This document shows, piece by piece, positions 37,695 to 46,902 of a stretch of 64,000 nt of DNA (position 1 is its first letter; the number at the start of each line of letters is the position of its first letter). The position numbers were made by a program, and so were the translations under genes. Origin of the DNA: a virus. The stretch lies in IMG/VR virus record IMGVR_UViG_3300019776_000919, positions 105,714-169,713 of that record, one strand, 5' to 3'. The notes under the pieces are model-generated. The model worked only from the letters and a program-made list of their open reading frames with translations. It had not been told where the DNA came from and did not search any database.

Positions 37695-39194
37695 TCATTT
37701 CAAAATTAAAACCCAGCGATCTTGACCGCAATCTTTGATTTTGAAATAACCATTTTTGTACATAATTTCAGATTCAGTCATTTCTTTCGGATATTTTTCT
37801 TTAAAGATATCTTCTAGCTTATGGCGTTGAAATGAAACTCTATTGAAACGTCTTTGACCCTTGCACCAAAAGTATCCAGGCTGACTGGAGCTAGAATAAG
37901 CAAAACCATTTTTCCAGTATACACCTCCAATACTCCATCTTCTATCGGAATAAGATACTATTCTTTTAGGGTTTTGATTTCTAATGAAGTGTTTAAGTAA
38001 CTTAGAAAATCCACCTATTACTGAAGTACTGGTTGAATACCTAAGCAGTTCATAACAATCTTCTTCTTGGTCTTCAAATCTAAACTTAGAAAAAGTCATG
38101 CATCCCACGAGATTATTTTCGTAGAATAGTCCGTACCTGAACGAAGAAGAATATGCATGCCCTTGAATATGATTGTTCGATTCAAACTCTTTAACAACTT
38201 GATTAGTGAGTTGTTTTATTTCACATTTTCTCGCAAAGACTTTCTTTGTCGAAGTTAGTATAGAACGGAGTTTGTTTTTGATAATGTCTTGTTTTTCAAG
38301 CCACTCATCTTCTAATACATGGATTATTCTGATCCCTGCTTTTAAATAAGATTCTGTTTTTTCAAACAAAGAATTTGAAGATGCCATGGCCCCTTCAAAC
38401 TTATCCCATTTAGAAGAAGGATCTCTGTGGAAGAATAATCCATTATATTCTATACCCAGGCTCAGTGAAGGAATGTATATATCCAATTCCATTTTTAAGC
38501 CTTCTACTGGTTTTACTCTACTAATAGCATCTGGCCTCAGGCCCTTTATAAATTCGAAGATTTCCAGCTCCGGACTGGATTTTCTAGTCAAAGAACAATG
38601 AGAGCATCTTTTACCGCTTAGGTAGTCCCCGGGCCTAATCATATAGGATCCGTGAACTTTACAATTAATTTCCGATAGTGTTTTACTGCTTACGTACTTT
38701 GTATTTTCAAAAGTATCGAGGCCAATATGAACAGAAGAAGCTTTTTCGATAAAATCATTGATGTCATCTGCTTGATCTTTAGCTCGTTTTTTAATGTTAC
38801 ATTTCGAGCAAAGAAATCTTCTTTTTTTTGAGATTACAGAAATTGGTTGCGTAGAAAAATCACCGTGTTCCTTACATGTAATATTTACGTATGTATGGGA
38901 ATCTACGTATGACACTTTGCTATAGCTACAATTCATCCAAGTATCCGGATAAATCTGTTTAATTTCTTCTATAAATGACTCGGTATTTCTCTTAGCACTT
39001 ATAGCGCATTGCCCGCAAGCAATACCATTTTTCCTAGTTACGTTTTTAAACGTACGAGTAACTTCGCCATGACGGGGGCAAATTACTATTGATTCGGAGT
39101 ACGACCCGTTATATGTAAACTTTGAGAAGTCATATTCAGGCCACATAGCCTTCATTTTTGAAATGGCTTCTTCGGGTTTTATTTTTATAGGCAT
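37695..39194 (-). CDS. homing-endonuclease-like protein: three C..HG..C..C repeats, PD-(D/E)xK domain, C-terminal GNAT/Mom-like domain
   Basis: CPRHG, CKEHG, CKVHG repeats; ELDIYIP..GIEYNG.FFH; YELLRY..GGFSKLL..SYSDRRWS.G.VY..GF. Confidence 0.7.
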   Translation of the reverse strand: MPIKIKPEEAISKMKAMWPEYDFSKFTYNGSYSESIVICPRHGEVTRTFKNVTRKNGIACGQCAISAKRNTESFIEEIKQIYPDTWMNCSYSKVSYVDSHTYVNITCKEHGDFSTQPISVISKKRRFLCSKCNIKKRAKDQADDINDFIEKASSVHIGLDTFENTKYVSSKTLSEINCKVHGSYMIRPGDYLSGKRCSHCSLTRKSSPELEIFEFIKGLRPDAISRVKPVEGLKMELDIYIPSLSLGIEYNGLFFHRDPSSKWDKFEGAMASSNSLFEKTESYLKAGIRIIHVLEDEWLEKQDIIKNKLRSILTSTKKVFARKCEIKQLTNQVVKEFESNNHIQGHAYSSSFRYGLFYENNLVGCMTFSKFRFEDQEEDCYELLRYSTSTSVIGGFSKLLKHFIRNQNPKRIVSYSDRRWSIGGVYWKNGFAYSSSSQPGYFWCKGQRRFNRVSFQRHKLEDIFKEKYPKEMTESEIMYKNGYFKIKDCGQDRWVLILK

Positions 39195-39213
39195 TGAGTT
39201 GTGGATTATACTA

Positions 39214-39462
39214 TTAATCCGGAATTTTTTCAGTATTTACAGTAACATTATCTGGATTAATAATTTCCAAATCACATACGTGGAGACAAACAATATCCCC
39301 TTTGTTGAATGCGCCGACTTTTTCTTCTGCCCTGGCCCTTACAAACCAAGTTCCTAAATCTTGTATTACCGTAAATTTCTTATTAGTCCAATAAGAAAAC
39401 ATTGTGTTCGTATATTTGACTAGAGTTCCAGGCTCGAACTTAGGCATTAAATCTTCATTCAT
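39214..39462 (-). CDS. SH3-like array member (last; lacks QLELF)
   Basis: KFEPGTLVKY...KKFTVI...DLEII, homologous to its neighbours. Confidence 0.75.
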   Translation of the reverse strand: MNEDLMPKFEPGTLVKYTNTMFSYWTNKKFTVIQDLGTWFVRARAEEKVGAFNKGDIVCLHVCDLEIINPDNVTVNTEKIPD

Positions 39463-39682
39463 TAAACAGCTCCATTTGAAGTTTTTCTTTTTTCTTTACA
39501 GGTTCGAATCTATACTCATAGTAGTTTGCAATTGATCCACTCTCTGACTCACACTTATATAGACACCTTCCTGGATAAGAAGTTCTGCTCAATCTTTTCA
39601 GTACTTTAAAGGTTTTACCGATTAGTTCAGTATCGCCTTTTACATAGACAACCAAGTCCCCAACATTAAATTTAAAAGACAT
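39455..39682 (-). CDS. SH3-like array member, C-terminal QMELF
   Basis: FNVGDLVVY...KLQMELFNE. Confidence 0.8.
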   Translation of the reverse strand: MSFKFNVGDLVVYVKGDTELIGKTFKVLKRLSRTSYPGRCLYKCESESGSIANYYEYRFEPVKKKEKLQMELFNE

Positions 39683-39906
39683 TAAAACAATTCCAGTTGA
39701 AGTTTTTCTTTTTTCTTTACGAGTTCAAATCTAGATTCATAGTATTCTAAAAGCTTACCCGTTTCTTCCGATTTGCATCGGTAAAGATTATTGCCTGACA
39801 CAAAGCTTTCTCTTAATTGCCGTATTATTTGGTAAGTCTTACCTATTAAATGTGAGTGGCCATCCACATAGGTAACTAAGTCACCAACTTTGAATTTAAA
39901 CGACAT
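39682..39906 (-). CDS. SH3-like array member, C-terminal QLELF
   Basis: FKVGDLVTY...KLQLELF; close paralog of 39455..39682. Confidence 0.8.
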   Translation of the reverse strand: MSFKFKVGDLVTYVDGHSHLIGKTYQIIRQLRESFVSGNNLYRCKSEETGKLLEYYESRFELVKKKEKLQLELF

Positions 39907-40136
39907 TAGAATAACTCCAGCTGAACATTGATAGGTCTAATATTTTCCAGATATAACTTTACCATATCACCTTTTTTATAAACGGTATCAGTAATGTCTT
40001 GATTACATACTGCACTTACCGTTTCAAATCCAAAAATAGAATTTGTTTTTATTACGGTAAATTTTTTCAAATGCCAGGTTGGATAATCGGGATTGACAAA
40101 TTGAACTTCATCATTTTCCTTAAAGGTCTTAATCAT
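39906..40136 (-). CDS. SH3-like array member, C-terminal QLELF
   Basis: FKENDEVQF...NVQLELF. Confidence 0.8.
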   Translation of the reverse strand: MIKTFKENDEVQFVNPDYPTWHLKKFTVIKTNSIFGFETVSAVCNQDITDTVYKKGDMVKLYLENIRPINVQLELF

Positions 40137-40365
40137 TGAATAACTCTAATTGACAGCGAGTCTTTTTTTCAATCGCTAATTCCAATTTACTATTACGTAT
40201 ACCAACAAAGACACCTTGTGTATATCTTTCATTAATATCCTCCATACAAACTACCCAAGAAATATCATGCCCGGGATTGGTAACTTTAAATCGTTTATTA
40301 AAAAGTTGCCCTTGGGAATTATCGGTGTATATAACTACATCGTCAATTTTGAACTTATAGGTCAT
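40129..40365 (-). CDS. SH3-like array member, C-terminal QLELF
   Basis: FKIDDVVIY...CQLELFND. Confidence 0.8.
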   Translation of the reverse strand: MTYKFKIDDVVIYTDNSQGQLFNKRFKVTNPGHDISWVVCMEDINERYTQGVFVGIRNSKLELAIEKKTRCQLELFND

Positions 40366-40594
40366 TAAATAATTCCAACTGGAGCCGTTCTTTTCGAGGA
40401 TTACATCGTTCCAAATTAATATTTGCTAGACGCACCGTCATCCCCGCCTTAACCTCAGGGAGGATATCTTCTAAACAAATTAAATCGGAAGTGAGGCCCT
40501 TAGATCGGATAACTCTAAACTTTTTGTCAAACCAGCCTGCGTTTAATTTTGAAACGTATCTAACTATATCGTCTTTGTTAAAGATAGGGTTCAT
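40355..40594 (-). CDS. SH3-like array member, C-terminal QLELF
   Basis: FNKDDIVRY...LQLELFNDL. Confidence 0.8.
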   Translation of the reverse strand: MNPIFNKDDIVRYVSKLNAGWFDKKFRVIRSKGLTSDLICLEDILPEVKAGMTVRLANINLERCNPRKERLQLELFNDL

Positions 40595-41063
40595 CAGAAT
40601 AGTTCTAATTGACTGCGAATTCTATCCGCCTTATCCGCTTTAAATATTTCTAATCTATCACTAAACAGTCTCACTCTAGAACTCTTTCGATAAACCTCAT
40701 CAATGTCTTCTAGACATATTGCAAGCGTACTTAATTCATCATATTTAATAATTTCAAATGTTTTTTTGTGCCAATTCTTTGCACTTTCAAAATTATATTT
40801 GACTACATCACCAGTTTTAAATTTATGTTTTTTCAAAATAATTCCAATTGAGGCCACGGTTTCTTTTTCAGATACTGATTCTAAGTATTCATTAAAAAGA
40901 GGTATATGATCCCCTTTTGAAAAAAATTCGCAACGTTTTCTAGGCATTCTACGATAGAAGTTGCCCCCTTAAAGGTAATAACCTTAAAAGTTTTATTGTT
41001 GAAGTATTTGTACTTAGGATTATTGAACTTAACAGTGACACCTTCTGCAAATACTTTTGTCAT
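40594..41063 (-). CDS. two-domain SH3-like array member broken by a -1 frameshift at a T7 run (40920-40926), C-terminal QLELF
   Basis: ORFs 40881..41063 and 40594..40947 join at AAT TTT TTT into two complete domains. Confidence 0.65.
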
Positions 41064-41299
41064 TGAAACAGTTCCAGTTGAGTTTTTTTGTTTTTAGATT
41101 CAACTAACTCCAAGAAGGTATGATCGAGAGTCACCAAGGATCCTTGTTTAAAGTATTCACTAACATCTTCTAAACAGATTGATTTTGACATAATATGCCC
41201 CGGCATACAAATCTTAAATTTTTTATCAAACCAATGCTCACAATGCTTAGTTTGCCGAATATATCTAACTACATCACCCTCTTTAAATTTATAGTTCAT
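41060..41299 (-). CDS. SH3-like array member, C-terminal QLELF
   Basis: FKEGDVVRY...TQLELFQ. Confidence 0.8.
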   Translation of the reverse strand: MNYKFKEGDVVRYIRQTKHCEHWFDKKFKICMPGHIMSKSICLEDVSEYFKQGSLVTLDHTFLELVESKNKKTQLELFQ

Positions 41300-41528
41300 T
41301 AAACAGTTCCAGTTGAGGAGAGATTTTTTTATGTTCTATTATCTCCAAATCCTCATTTGCAAGAGTTACAGGGGAGTGTTTTACGTACTTAGAGGTAACA
41401 TCTTCTAGACACCTTACATTGGACGCATAAGGATTAGAGTTAATAATCGTGAATGTTTTATTCAGCCACTCTTTATAATTAGGATTATTGAACTTAACAA
41501 TAACGCCTTCTGCAAATACTTTTGTCAT
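41289..41528 (-). CDS. SH3-like array member, C-terminal QLELF
   Basis: FAEGVIVKF...PQLELFNEL. Confidence 0.8.
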   Translation of the reverse strand: MTKVFAEGVIVKFNNPNYKEWLNKTFTIINSNPYASNVRCLEDVTSKYVKHSPVTLANEDLEIIEHKKISPQLELFNEL

Positions 41529-41749
41529 TGAAACAATTCCAATTGAGAGGATTTTCTCGAAACTAATTCTAAGTTCGTAGTCATAAACTTTACCGTTTCA
41601 TTTTTAAGCCAGCTACTCGGAAGATCTTCTAGAGTGGTAACACTCGTAGTGTTAGGATCAGAAGCAACAACTATAAATTGTTTATTGTACCAATCCTCGT
41701 ATTTAATATTGATAAACTTAACAGTATCTCCTTTATAGAACATCTTCAT
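41525..41749 (-). CDS. SH3-like array member, C-terminal QLELF
   Basis: FYKGDTVKF...SQLELFQ. Confidence 0.8.
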   Translation of the reverse strand: MKMFYKGDTVKFINIKYEDWYNKQFIVVASDPNTTSVTTLEDLPSSWLKNETVKFMTTNLELVSRKSSQLELFQ

Positions 41750-41978
41750 CGAATAACCCCAATTGGAGCGAGGGTTTTTTCTCTTTCACCAGCTCTAAGT
41801 AAAGGTTCAGAGTGCGTGCACTAGCACCTTTTGGGTAAATACTATTAATAAATTCTAAGCACACTAGAGTGGATTTACCATCATCAGAATAGAGCACTTT
41901 AAATTTTTTATTAAACCACTCTGGATATATATTATTCGTAAACCTAACAATATCGTCTTTTTTAAATCTTGGTTGCAT
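41733..41978 (-). CDS. SH3-like array member, C-terminal QLGLF
   Basis: FKKDDIVRF...LQLGLFDEDVL. Confidence 0.8.
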   Translation of the reverse strand: MQPRFKKDDIVRFTNNIYPEWFNKKFKVLYSDDGKSTLVCLEFINSIYPKGASARTLNLYLELVKEKKPSLQLGLFDEDVL

Positions 41979-42211
41979 TAAAACAGTTCCAATTGTGGAG
42001 TTGGTTTTTTTCTCTGAGGTACCAGTTCTACATTGCTGATTGAAATGCGGGCTATGCTATCAATAGGGTAACCACTGCTAACAAAATTTAAACACCTAGT
42101 AATACACGTATTATCTTCACAATCAATAATTTGAAATGTTTTATTAAACCAGTTTGGATATGTTTTATTATTAAACCTAACAATATCCCCTTTTGTAAAT
42201 GCTTTGTTCAC
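41978..42211 (-). CDS. SH3-like array member, C-terminal QLELF
   Basis: FTKGDIVRF...PQLELF. Confidence 0.8.
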   Translation of the reverse strand: MNKAFTKGDIVRFNNKTYPNWFNKTFQIIDCEDNTCITRCLNFVSSGYPIDSIARISISNVELVPQRKKPTPQLELF

Positions 42212-42471
42212 TAAAATAACTCCAGCTGACTTTTAGTAATGAATTCTTGCGAATGTACTAACTCTATATGATTTTCATTGAATAGGATTATAATTGATCC
42301 CTTAAGACGAAAAATATCTATGTTTTCCAGGCATTCTGCCCTAAAGTAATAACTGCCGTTTGTATATTGAAAAACTTTAAGTATCTTGAAAAATTTACCA
42401 TGCCAAGAAACATTGAAATTAACAGCAATATACTTTACAGTATCCCCTGCATTGAATTTAGGTGCCGACAT
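42211..42471 (-). CDS. SH3-like array member (first), C-terminal QLELF
   Basis: FNAGDTVKY...SQLELF. Confidence 0.8.
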   Translation of the reverse strand: MSAPKFNAGDTVKYIAVNFNVSWHGKFFKILKVFQYTNGSYYFRAECLENIDIFRLKGSIIILFNENHIELVHSQEFITKSQLELF

Positions 42472-43441
42472 CTATGTCAATACCTTCTATCTCTGTAGGT
42501 ATTTGTATTTGAAAACGATTTAAATAACGTTGGAAAATTGGAGCTGAATAGTCCACCATTGTCGAGGATTTTTTCTCAATAGAATCTGTACAAAATCCGA
42601 ATTTTACCCACTCACTATTAGAACTTTTATTGATGATGGAGAACCCTCTACTATCCATATACCGAGAAATCCAATTAGGCACTTCTCGTCTTGTCCACTC
42701 CCCCTTATACCCTTTATTTAGCAAAAAATACAAAGGCAAGACTGGACTATTAAATCCAGATGCAGACTCCAAGGCATTAAATTCCTCTATGATTCCCCCT
42801 CTGCTTGGGCTGATATCGGGGATTAAGCAAGCCTTTTGCTTATACTCATCCGGAAATGAAAAAAAGTCGCATGGATATCCTTGATACGTGACTGCAATAG
42901 TTTCTGAACTGACGCTCGATTGCGTGATATTAACTCCGTGAGAAATACGACTCATAAAGGAGCTACAAGATCCCGATTTAATTTCTGGTATTCTTACATC
43001 TTGCAGGTTAAGTTTGATAAGGTCAGGGTACATTCTGTTAAATAAATTTTGACCAGAATGTTTTTTATTAAATCTAAATTCAAACTCTTCTAAAAACGCT
43101 TTCGCCAAAGCTTGTAGATAAACCTCGTTATTGGTCAAATAACCTATGTAATAGGTTACTGATTCGTACGGTAAAGGTTTAGGTAGGCCCGGTACATCTT
43201 GTACATTAAAAAGACGAAAGTAGTTCTCCTTGCTTAAACTAAGTGGCCAACTACCGGCAGGCGTACGGCCTTTTACCAAATTCCATCTATATTTAATCAC
43301 CAATAACTGCAAGACGCTAACAATAGAAGATCGGAGAATTGTATCCGATAGGTTTCTAGCGCAGTTTACCGGATTGATAGATGTTACATATAAATTAGGC
43401 CTGAGAGGATATTTAGACCATTTTGGGTGGTTGTTATTCAT
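42458..43441 (-). CDS. divergent pyrimidine-dimer glycosylase (Pyr_excise)-like protein
   Basis: NLYV.S.NPV.CA..L.D, EEFEFRFNKKH and WTRREVPNW resemble family motifs. Confidence 0.45.
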   Translation of the reverse strand: MNNNHPKWSKYPLRPNLYVTSINPVNCARNLSDTILRSSIVSVLQLLVIKYRWNLVKGRTPAGSWPLSLSKENYFRLFNVQDVPGLPKPLPYESVTYYIGYLTNNEVYLQALAKAFLEEFEFRFNKKHSGQNLFNRMYPDLIKLNLQDVRIPEIKSGSCSSFMSRISHGVNITQSSVSSETIAVTYQGYPCDFFSFPDEYKQKACLIPDISPSRGGIIEEFNALESASGFNSPVLPLYFLLNKGYKGEWTRREVPNWISRYMDSRGFSIINKSSNSEWVKFGFCTDSIEKKSSTMVDYSAPIFQRYLNRFQIQIPTEIEGIDIDVGT

Positions 43442-43892
43442 TTTCAGACCAATCGTTTCTTTCTATTTCTACTGGCTTGCAGAAAACCTTTAAGATCTTA
43501 GAACTGGTTTTGGCTACAGTAATTGTGCTTATGCAGAGTAAAGACCCAATTCCTAAAACTAGATTAAAGATCAATCCCCCTCGAATCCATTCGGTAAAAA
43601 ACGGACTATATCCGTGAGATGCGAGTATTACTGTCCCTGGATCAATATTGGTTAGTAGGTTAACGTCATACATAAAATAGAATGCTGGCCACAGAAATAA
43701 AGATAAGACCATTCCAATTGCCATAAATAAAAGGACGCCTGCAAGAAAAAACAGTAATACAAAAGCTAATCCTGCCATTGATAAAGAGCCAAACAGACTA
43801 CAAATATTCCATTCCCCATGAGGGAAATCAGAAACTGCAAACTTGCAAACTTTAAACAAGATTGAATTATGTTTTATTACAAAGGGTTTCAT
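43434..43892 (-). CDS. membrane protein
   Basis: Two to three long hydrophobic segments. Confidence 0.7.
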   Translation of the reverse strand: MKPFVIKHNSILFKVCKFAVSDFPHGEWNICSLFGSLSMAGLAFVLLFFLAGVLLFMAIGMVLSLFLWPAFYFMYDVNLLTNIDPGTVILASHGYSPFFTEWIRGGLIFNLVLGIGSLLCISTITVAKTSSKILKVFCKPVEIERNDWSENE

Positions 43893-44474
43893 TCACATTT
43901 CTCCGGTAGAATTAGATTTGATTCGCTTAGATTTTTCGACGGGGATTTTCAGTAATTTATCCTGTATTTCCGACCATTCGAAAGGTTTCATTTCGTTACA
44001 GTCAACTCCAACATCCATTCTCCTAAGTGCAGGATCAAAAGGCAAAGTGCCATGATGATGCCCGTGAAGGTTGAAAGCCCCATGATGGGATCTATTCCAT
44101 GAAAGCTGTGGGAAGTGAGATAGAGTAACTTCGATCTTCTGTATTTTTATCTCATCAATTCTAAACTTTATAGAAACTGGATTGAAGAATCCGACGATTG
44201 GTACATTGTCGTGATTGCCGGTAATTAGACAAATACGTCCGTTGAATCGACTGAGCCAATGCAGGTATTTTCCCAAAGTTTCTGTATCATTTTTGACGAA
44301 TAAAAAGTCTCCGAGAAAGAAAACATCATCATGAGGCTTAACAATTTTGTTATGAGCTTCAATCAAACCTTCGTTCATTTCATCTACCGATGAAAATGGT
44401 CGATTGCAGTATTTGATGATGTTGGCATGGTTGATGTGATGATCAGATGCAAAGAAAATATTAGGTGTTTTCAT
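43893..44474 (-). CDS. calcineurin-like metallophosphoesterase
   Basis: SDHHINH, LGD, GNHD, SHFP, HGHHH, DVGVD. Confidence 0.9.
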   Translation of the reverse strand: MKTPNIFFASDHHINHANIIKYCNRPFSSVDEMNEGLIEAHNKIVKPHDDVFFLGDFLFVKNDTETLGKYLHWLSRFNGRICLITGNHDNVPIVGFFNPVSIKFRIDEIKIQKIEVTLSHFPQLSWNRSHHGAFNLHGHHHGTLPFDPALRRMDVGVDCNEMKPFEWSEIQDKLLKIPVEKSKRIKSNSTGEM

Positions 44475-44489
44475 ATATTTAAGTTAGAG

Positions 44490-44516
44490 AAAAAGAGAGG
44501 GGGGCAATCCTCTCTT
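44490..44516 (-). terminator. intrinsic terminator
   Basis: AAGAGAGG...CCTCTCTT stem with a T-tract on the - strand. Confidence 0.65.
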
Positions 44517-44531
44517 GGGTAGGTTAATTAT

Positions 44532-45833
44532 TTAACCTTTGCGGGAACTGGCAAGGTTACCGATACCACGACCATCAAAGGCTTGTACTTCGTAACCCAA
44601 AATGGTTTCAACATTGGCAAGAATTTCACCAACACGGGTCGCATCAAAATCAATGAACTTGCCATCCACCAACATTTGGTAAACGGCTTGGTTGGAAATC
44701 TGATCGGTACAGCTGACCATCACTTTGACACGGGGCCTGTATTTGGTCCCCAGATACTGAAGATCTTGACTGATTCGCTTGCGAAGACCGGCCCAATCCA
44801 AGTGAGCATACCGGATCGTCCCTTGGTATTTGCCCGGGACGTTTGTCCTGTCTTGGCCAAGGGTCCAATAATCGTCACACTCAACCCCATCCTTCGCCAG
44901 AACAGGCCCTGCCCCGTGGCGAGTGATGTAAGGTCGAGTGACGTACAAAACTTCTTCGATGTCGCAGCCTTCCTCGTCGCACGTCTTCACGACGTTCTGA
45001 AGACCCGTATTGCTGCGGGTCAAATGAGGGAAGTATTCGCCACGATTCTGATCAAGGAGCAGCCCTTGAGCGCCTTCGAAGACCACAAGTTCCGATGTGG
45101 GGAAGAACACGTTGGTATTCTTGATTTCATCAGAGCCAGAAGAAACAATTGTGCCCCGAGTTTCACCCAACCGCATCGTCTTCATGAAAGCATACGGATA
45201 CTTCAGGAACTCGGTCAACGCTTTGGAAAGCACCCGATCAGAAGTCCAATAGCCCAAAGGATCAGGGTTCAAGAAGTCGTTCAAACCACCCTCAAGGTGA
45301 AGTTTTCGGATTTGATTGAGGTAGTACCCTTGAATCTCTCCGGTAAACGACACCAGGTACGAGTCGTTCATCAAGTCTTCGGTATGAAGACCTGGAGCTT
45401 GCTTATTCAGCAAACGGGCCACAGTCTCACCAATACCATATCCGACCGAACCGTGGCGTTTGTCGCCACGTCCCATTTCTTTGACTTGGTTCAACGCAAT
45501 GTCCCAGGGGGACACCACAGGGCATTCAGGGTGGACCCGAATCAAGTTCGGGTGAATACCTTTGTCCACCAGATCGTTGCGCTCAGACCAAGCGTAATGA
45601 GGGTTCACCAAAACGTCCTTGGTATACCAGGTATTTCGGCCAAGCAACGTGCCTGATCCGAAGTTCTGATGGACGTGCCGCACGCCGTTCACGGTGACAG
45701 TATGACCCGCTTGAGAACCACCGTTGAAACGGATCACATCTTTGATTGCTTTTTCATTGCACACCTTGGCGACGGTGGCACCCTTGCCTTCATCACCAAA
45801 ATTGGCACCGATAACTACGATAGCTTTTTGCAT
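44532..45833 (-). CDS. purA: adenylosuccinate synthetase-like protein
   Basis: GDEGKG, RFNGGSQAGHTV, FEGAQGLLLD, TRHGAGP; start placed at MQKAIVV after SD AAGGA. Confidence 0.85.
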   Translation of the reverse strand: MQKAIVVIGANFGDEGKGATVAKVCNEKAIKDVIRFNGGSQAGHTVTVNGVRHVHQNFGSGTLLGRNTWYTKDVLVNPHYAWSERNDLVDKGIHPNLIRVHPECPVVSPWDIALNQVKEMGRGDKRHGSVGYGIGETVARLLNKQAPGLHTEDLMNDSYLVSFTGEIQGYYLNQIRKLHLEGGLNDFLNPDPLGYWTSDRVLSKALTEFLKYPYAFMKTMRLGETRGTIVSSGSDEIKNTNVFFPTSELVVFEGAQGLLLDQNRGEYFPHLTRSNTGLQNVVKTCDEEGCDIEEVLYVTRPYITRHGAGPVLAKDGVECDDYWTLGQDRTNVPGKYQGTIRYAHLDWAGLRKRISQDLQYLGTKYRPRVKVMVSCTDQISNQAVYQMLVDGKFIDFDATRVGEILANVETILGYEVQAFDGRGIGNLASSRKG

Positions 45834-45871
45834 GTTCCTTGCCCTCAATAAGGATGGTTGATTACACTATT

Positions 45872-45901
45872 CTTATACCATTTTTGAACAACTGAATTGA
45901 A
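45872..45901 (-). promoter_or_regulatory. conserved promoter-like motif TTCAA-N16-TGGTATAAG
   Basis: Exact copy upstream of the purA-like gene. Confidence 0.75.
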
Positions 45902-45904
45902 ACT

Positions 45905-45929
45905 AAAAAAGAGGGATAAACCCTCTTTT
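45905..45929 (-). terminator. intrinsic terminator
   Basis: AAAGAGGG-ATAAA-CCCTCTTT with a T-tract on the - strand. Confidence 0.7.
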
Positions 45930-45956
45930 ACCTTTGGTCGTCAAGACCTTCAGGTT

Positions 45957-46889
45957 TTACAGCCGAACCAGACCAGAGGTTGAATTGGCAACCAAGCCGG
46001 TGAGATTGCGGACGGCGTTGCTGACCACGACAGCGGTATCGGATGCCCAGCTCTTGATGACAGATGCCGTGTCTTCACCGGCCACGATTTGCATGGTCGA
46101 AACGATGATTTCCGGCAGCTTCTTGTAGTCCGACACGGGGATTGCACGTTGCCCAAGAACCGATTGCCAGGAATCCTTCACGTTCTTTCCGTCGTACCGC
46201 ATTGCTTGCCCTTCTTCAATGATCATGTGGAAGACGTGGTACTTGTTGGCCAGGTTCTCCAAAAGCTCCTTGTTGGTAGCGACGGGCTCTTGGCGATTGC
46301 CATAAACCCGGATCAAATCTTCAGCGGTCAAGTCCGGCGGACAGCGTTCATCACCGAAGGTGAAAATGAAACCCTTGCGGTTGTCCTTTTCAAACGCATC
46401 GGCTGAGGTGTGGTAGGCCGCAAAGTGCCAGGGCAGGTTGTAGCTTTCAAAGCTATTCCCGCCGCCGCAACCTTCAACCCACAGCTTACCCAGTTGATCG
46501 ACAATTTTCATGTCGGTTTCAAACTGCGAGGCTTGAAGAGGGGCAGTGTCACAGAGCACGTCGCCAATGCCCATGAACATCAGGTGCGGGTCAGAGACAG
46601 GCTTGCGGTCGATGACCTCTTTCAACAGAATGCCGAGACCTTCTTTGGCGATTTCCAAAGCGATGCTGCCCATGCTGCCGGTCACGTCCAGAGCAAAGAT
46701 GCAGGGGGTCGATTTCGGATTGCCGTCCGAGTTGCGAGACTCACGCACCATGAAAGTCTTCGGGTCCAGGTACGGGTCCAAAGACCGGGCTTTGAATGCA
46801 TCCTGGGCCGTAGCAGCCTTGGCGTAGGTTGTTGCTGAAACCGTACGGTATGCGGCAAAGTCGAATGCACTGGTGGAAGTTGATCCCAT
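45957..46889 (-). CDS. vWA-domain protein
   Basis: MIDAS DVTGSMG, GGGNSFESY, FTFGDE. Confidence 0.85.
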   Translation of the reverse strand: MGSTSTSAFDFAAYRTVSATTYAKAATAQDAFKARSLDPYLDPKTFMVRESRNSDGNPKSTPCIFALDVTGSMGSIALEIAKEGLGILLKEVIDRKPVSDPHLMFMGIGDVLCDTAPLQASQFETDMKIVDQLGKLWVEGCGGGNSFESYNLPWHFAAYHTSADAFEKDNRKGFIFTFGDERCPPDLTAEDLIRVYGNRQEPVATNKELLENLANKYHVFHMIIEEGQAMRYDGKNVKDSWQSVLGQRAIPVSDYKKLPEIIVSTMQIVAGEDTASVIKSWASDTAVVVSNAVRNLTGLVANSTSGLVRL

Positions 46890-46902
46890 TTCTTTTCCTT
46901 TT

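Noticed and set aside
39214-42471. Diversity-generating retroelement or integron cassette array
   Set aside because: No reverse transcriptase or integrase in the window; variation is not adenine-limited; overlapping genes leave no room for attC sites
44532-45833. PurZ / 2-aminoadenine (Z) genome
   Set aside because: The catalytic loop is GDEGKG (PurA-type Asp), not the GSTGKG of PurZ; no dATPase or MazZ-like neighbour is recognisable
44583-46838. Long + strand ORFs (357, 142, 105 aa)
   Set aside because: Antisense shadows of the GC-rich purA-like and vWA genes; no motifs or SD
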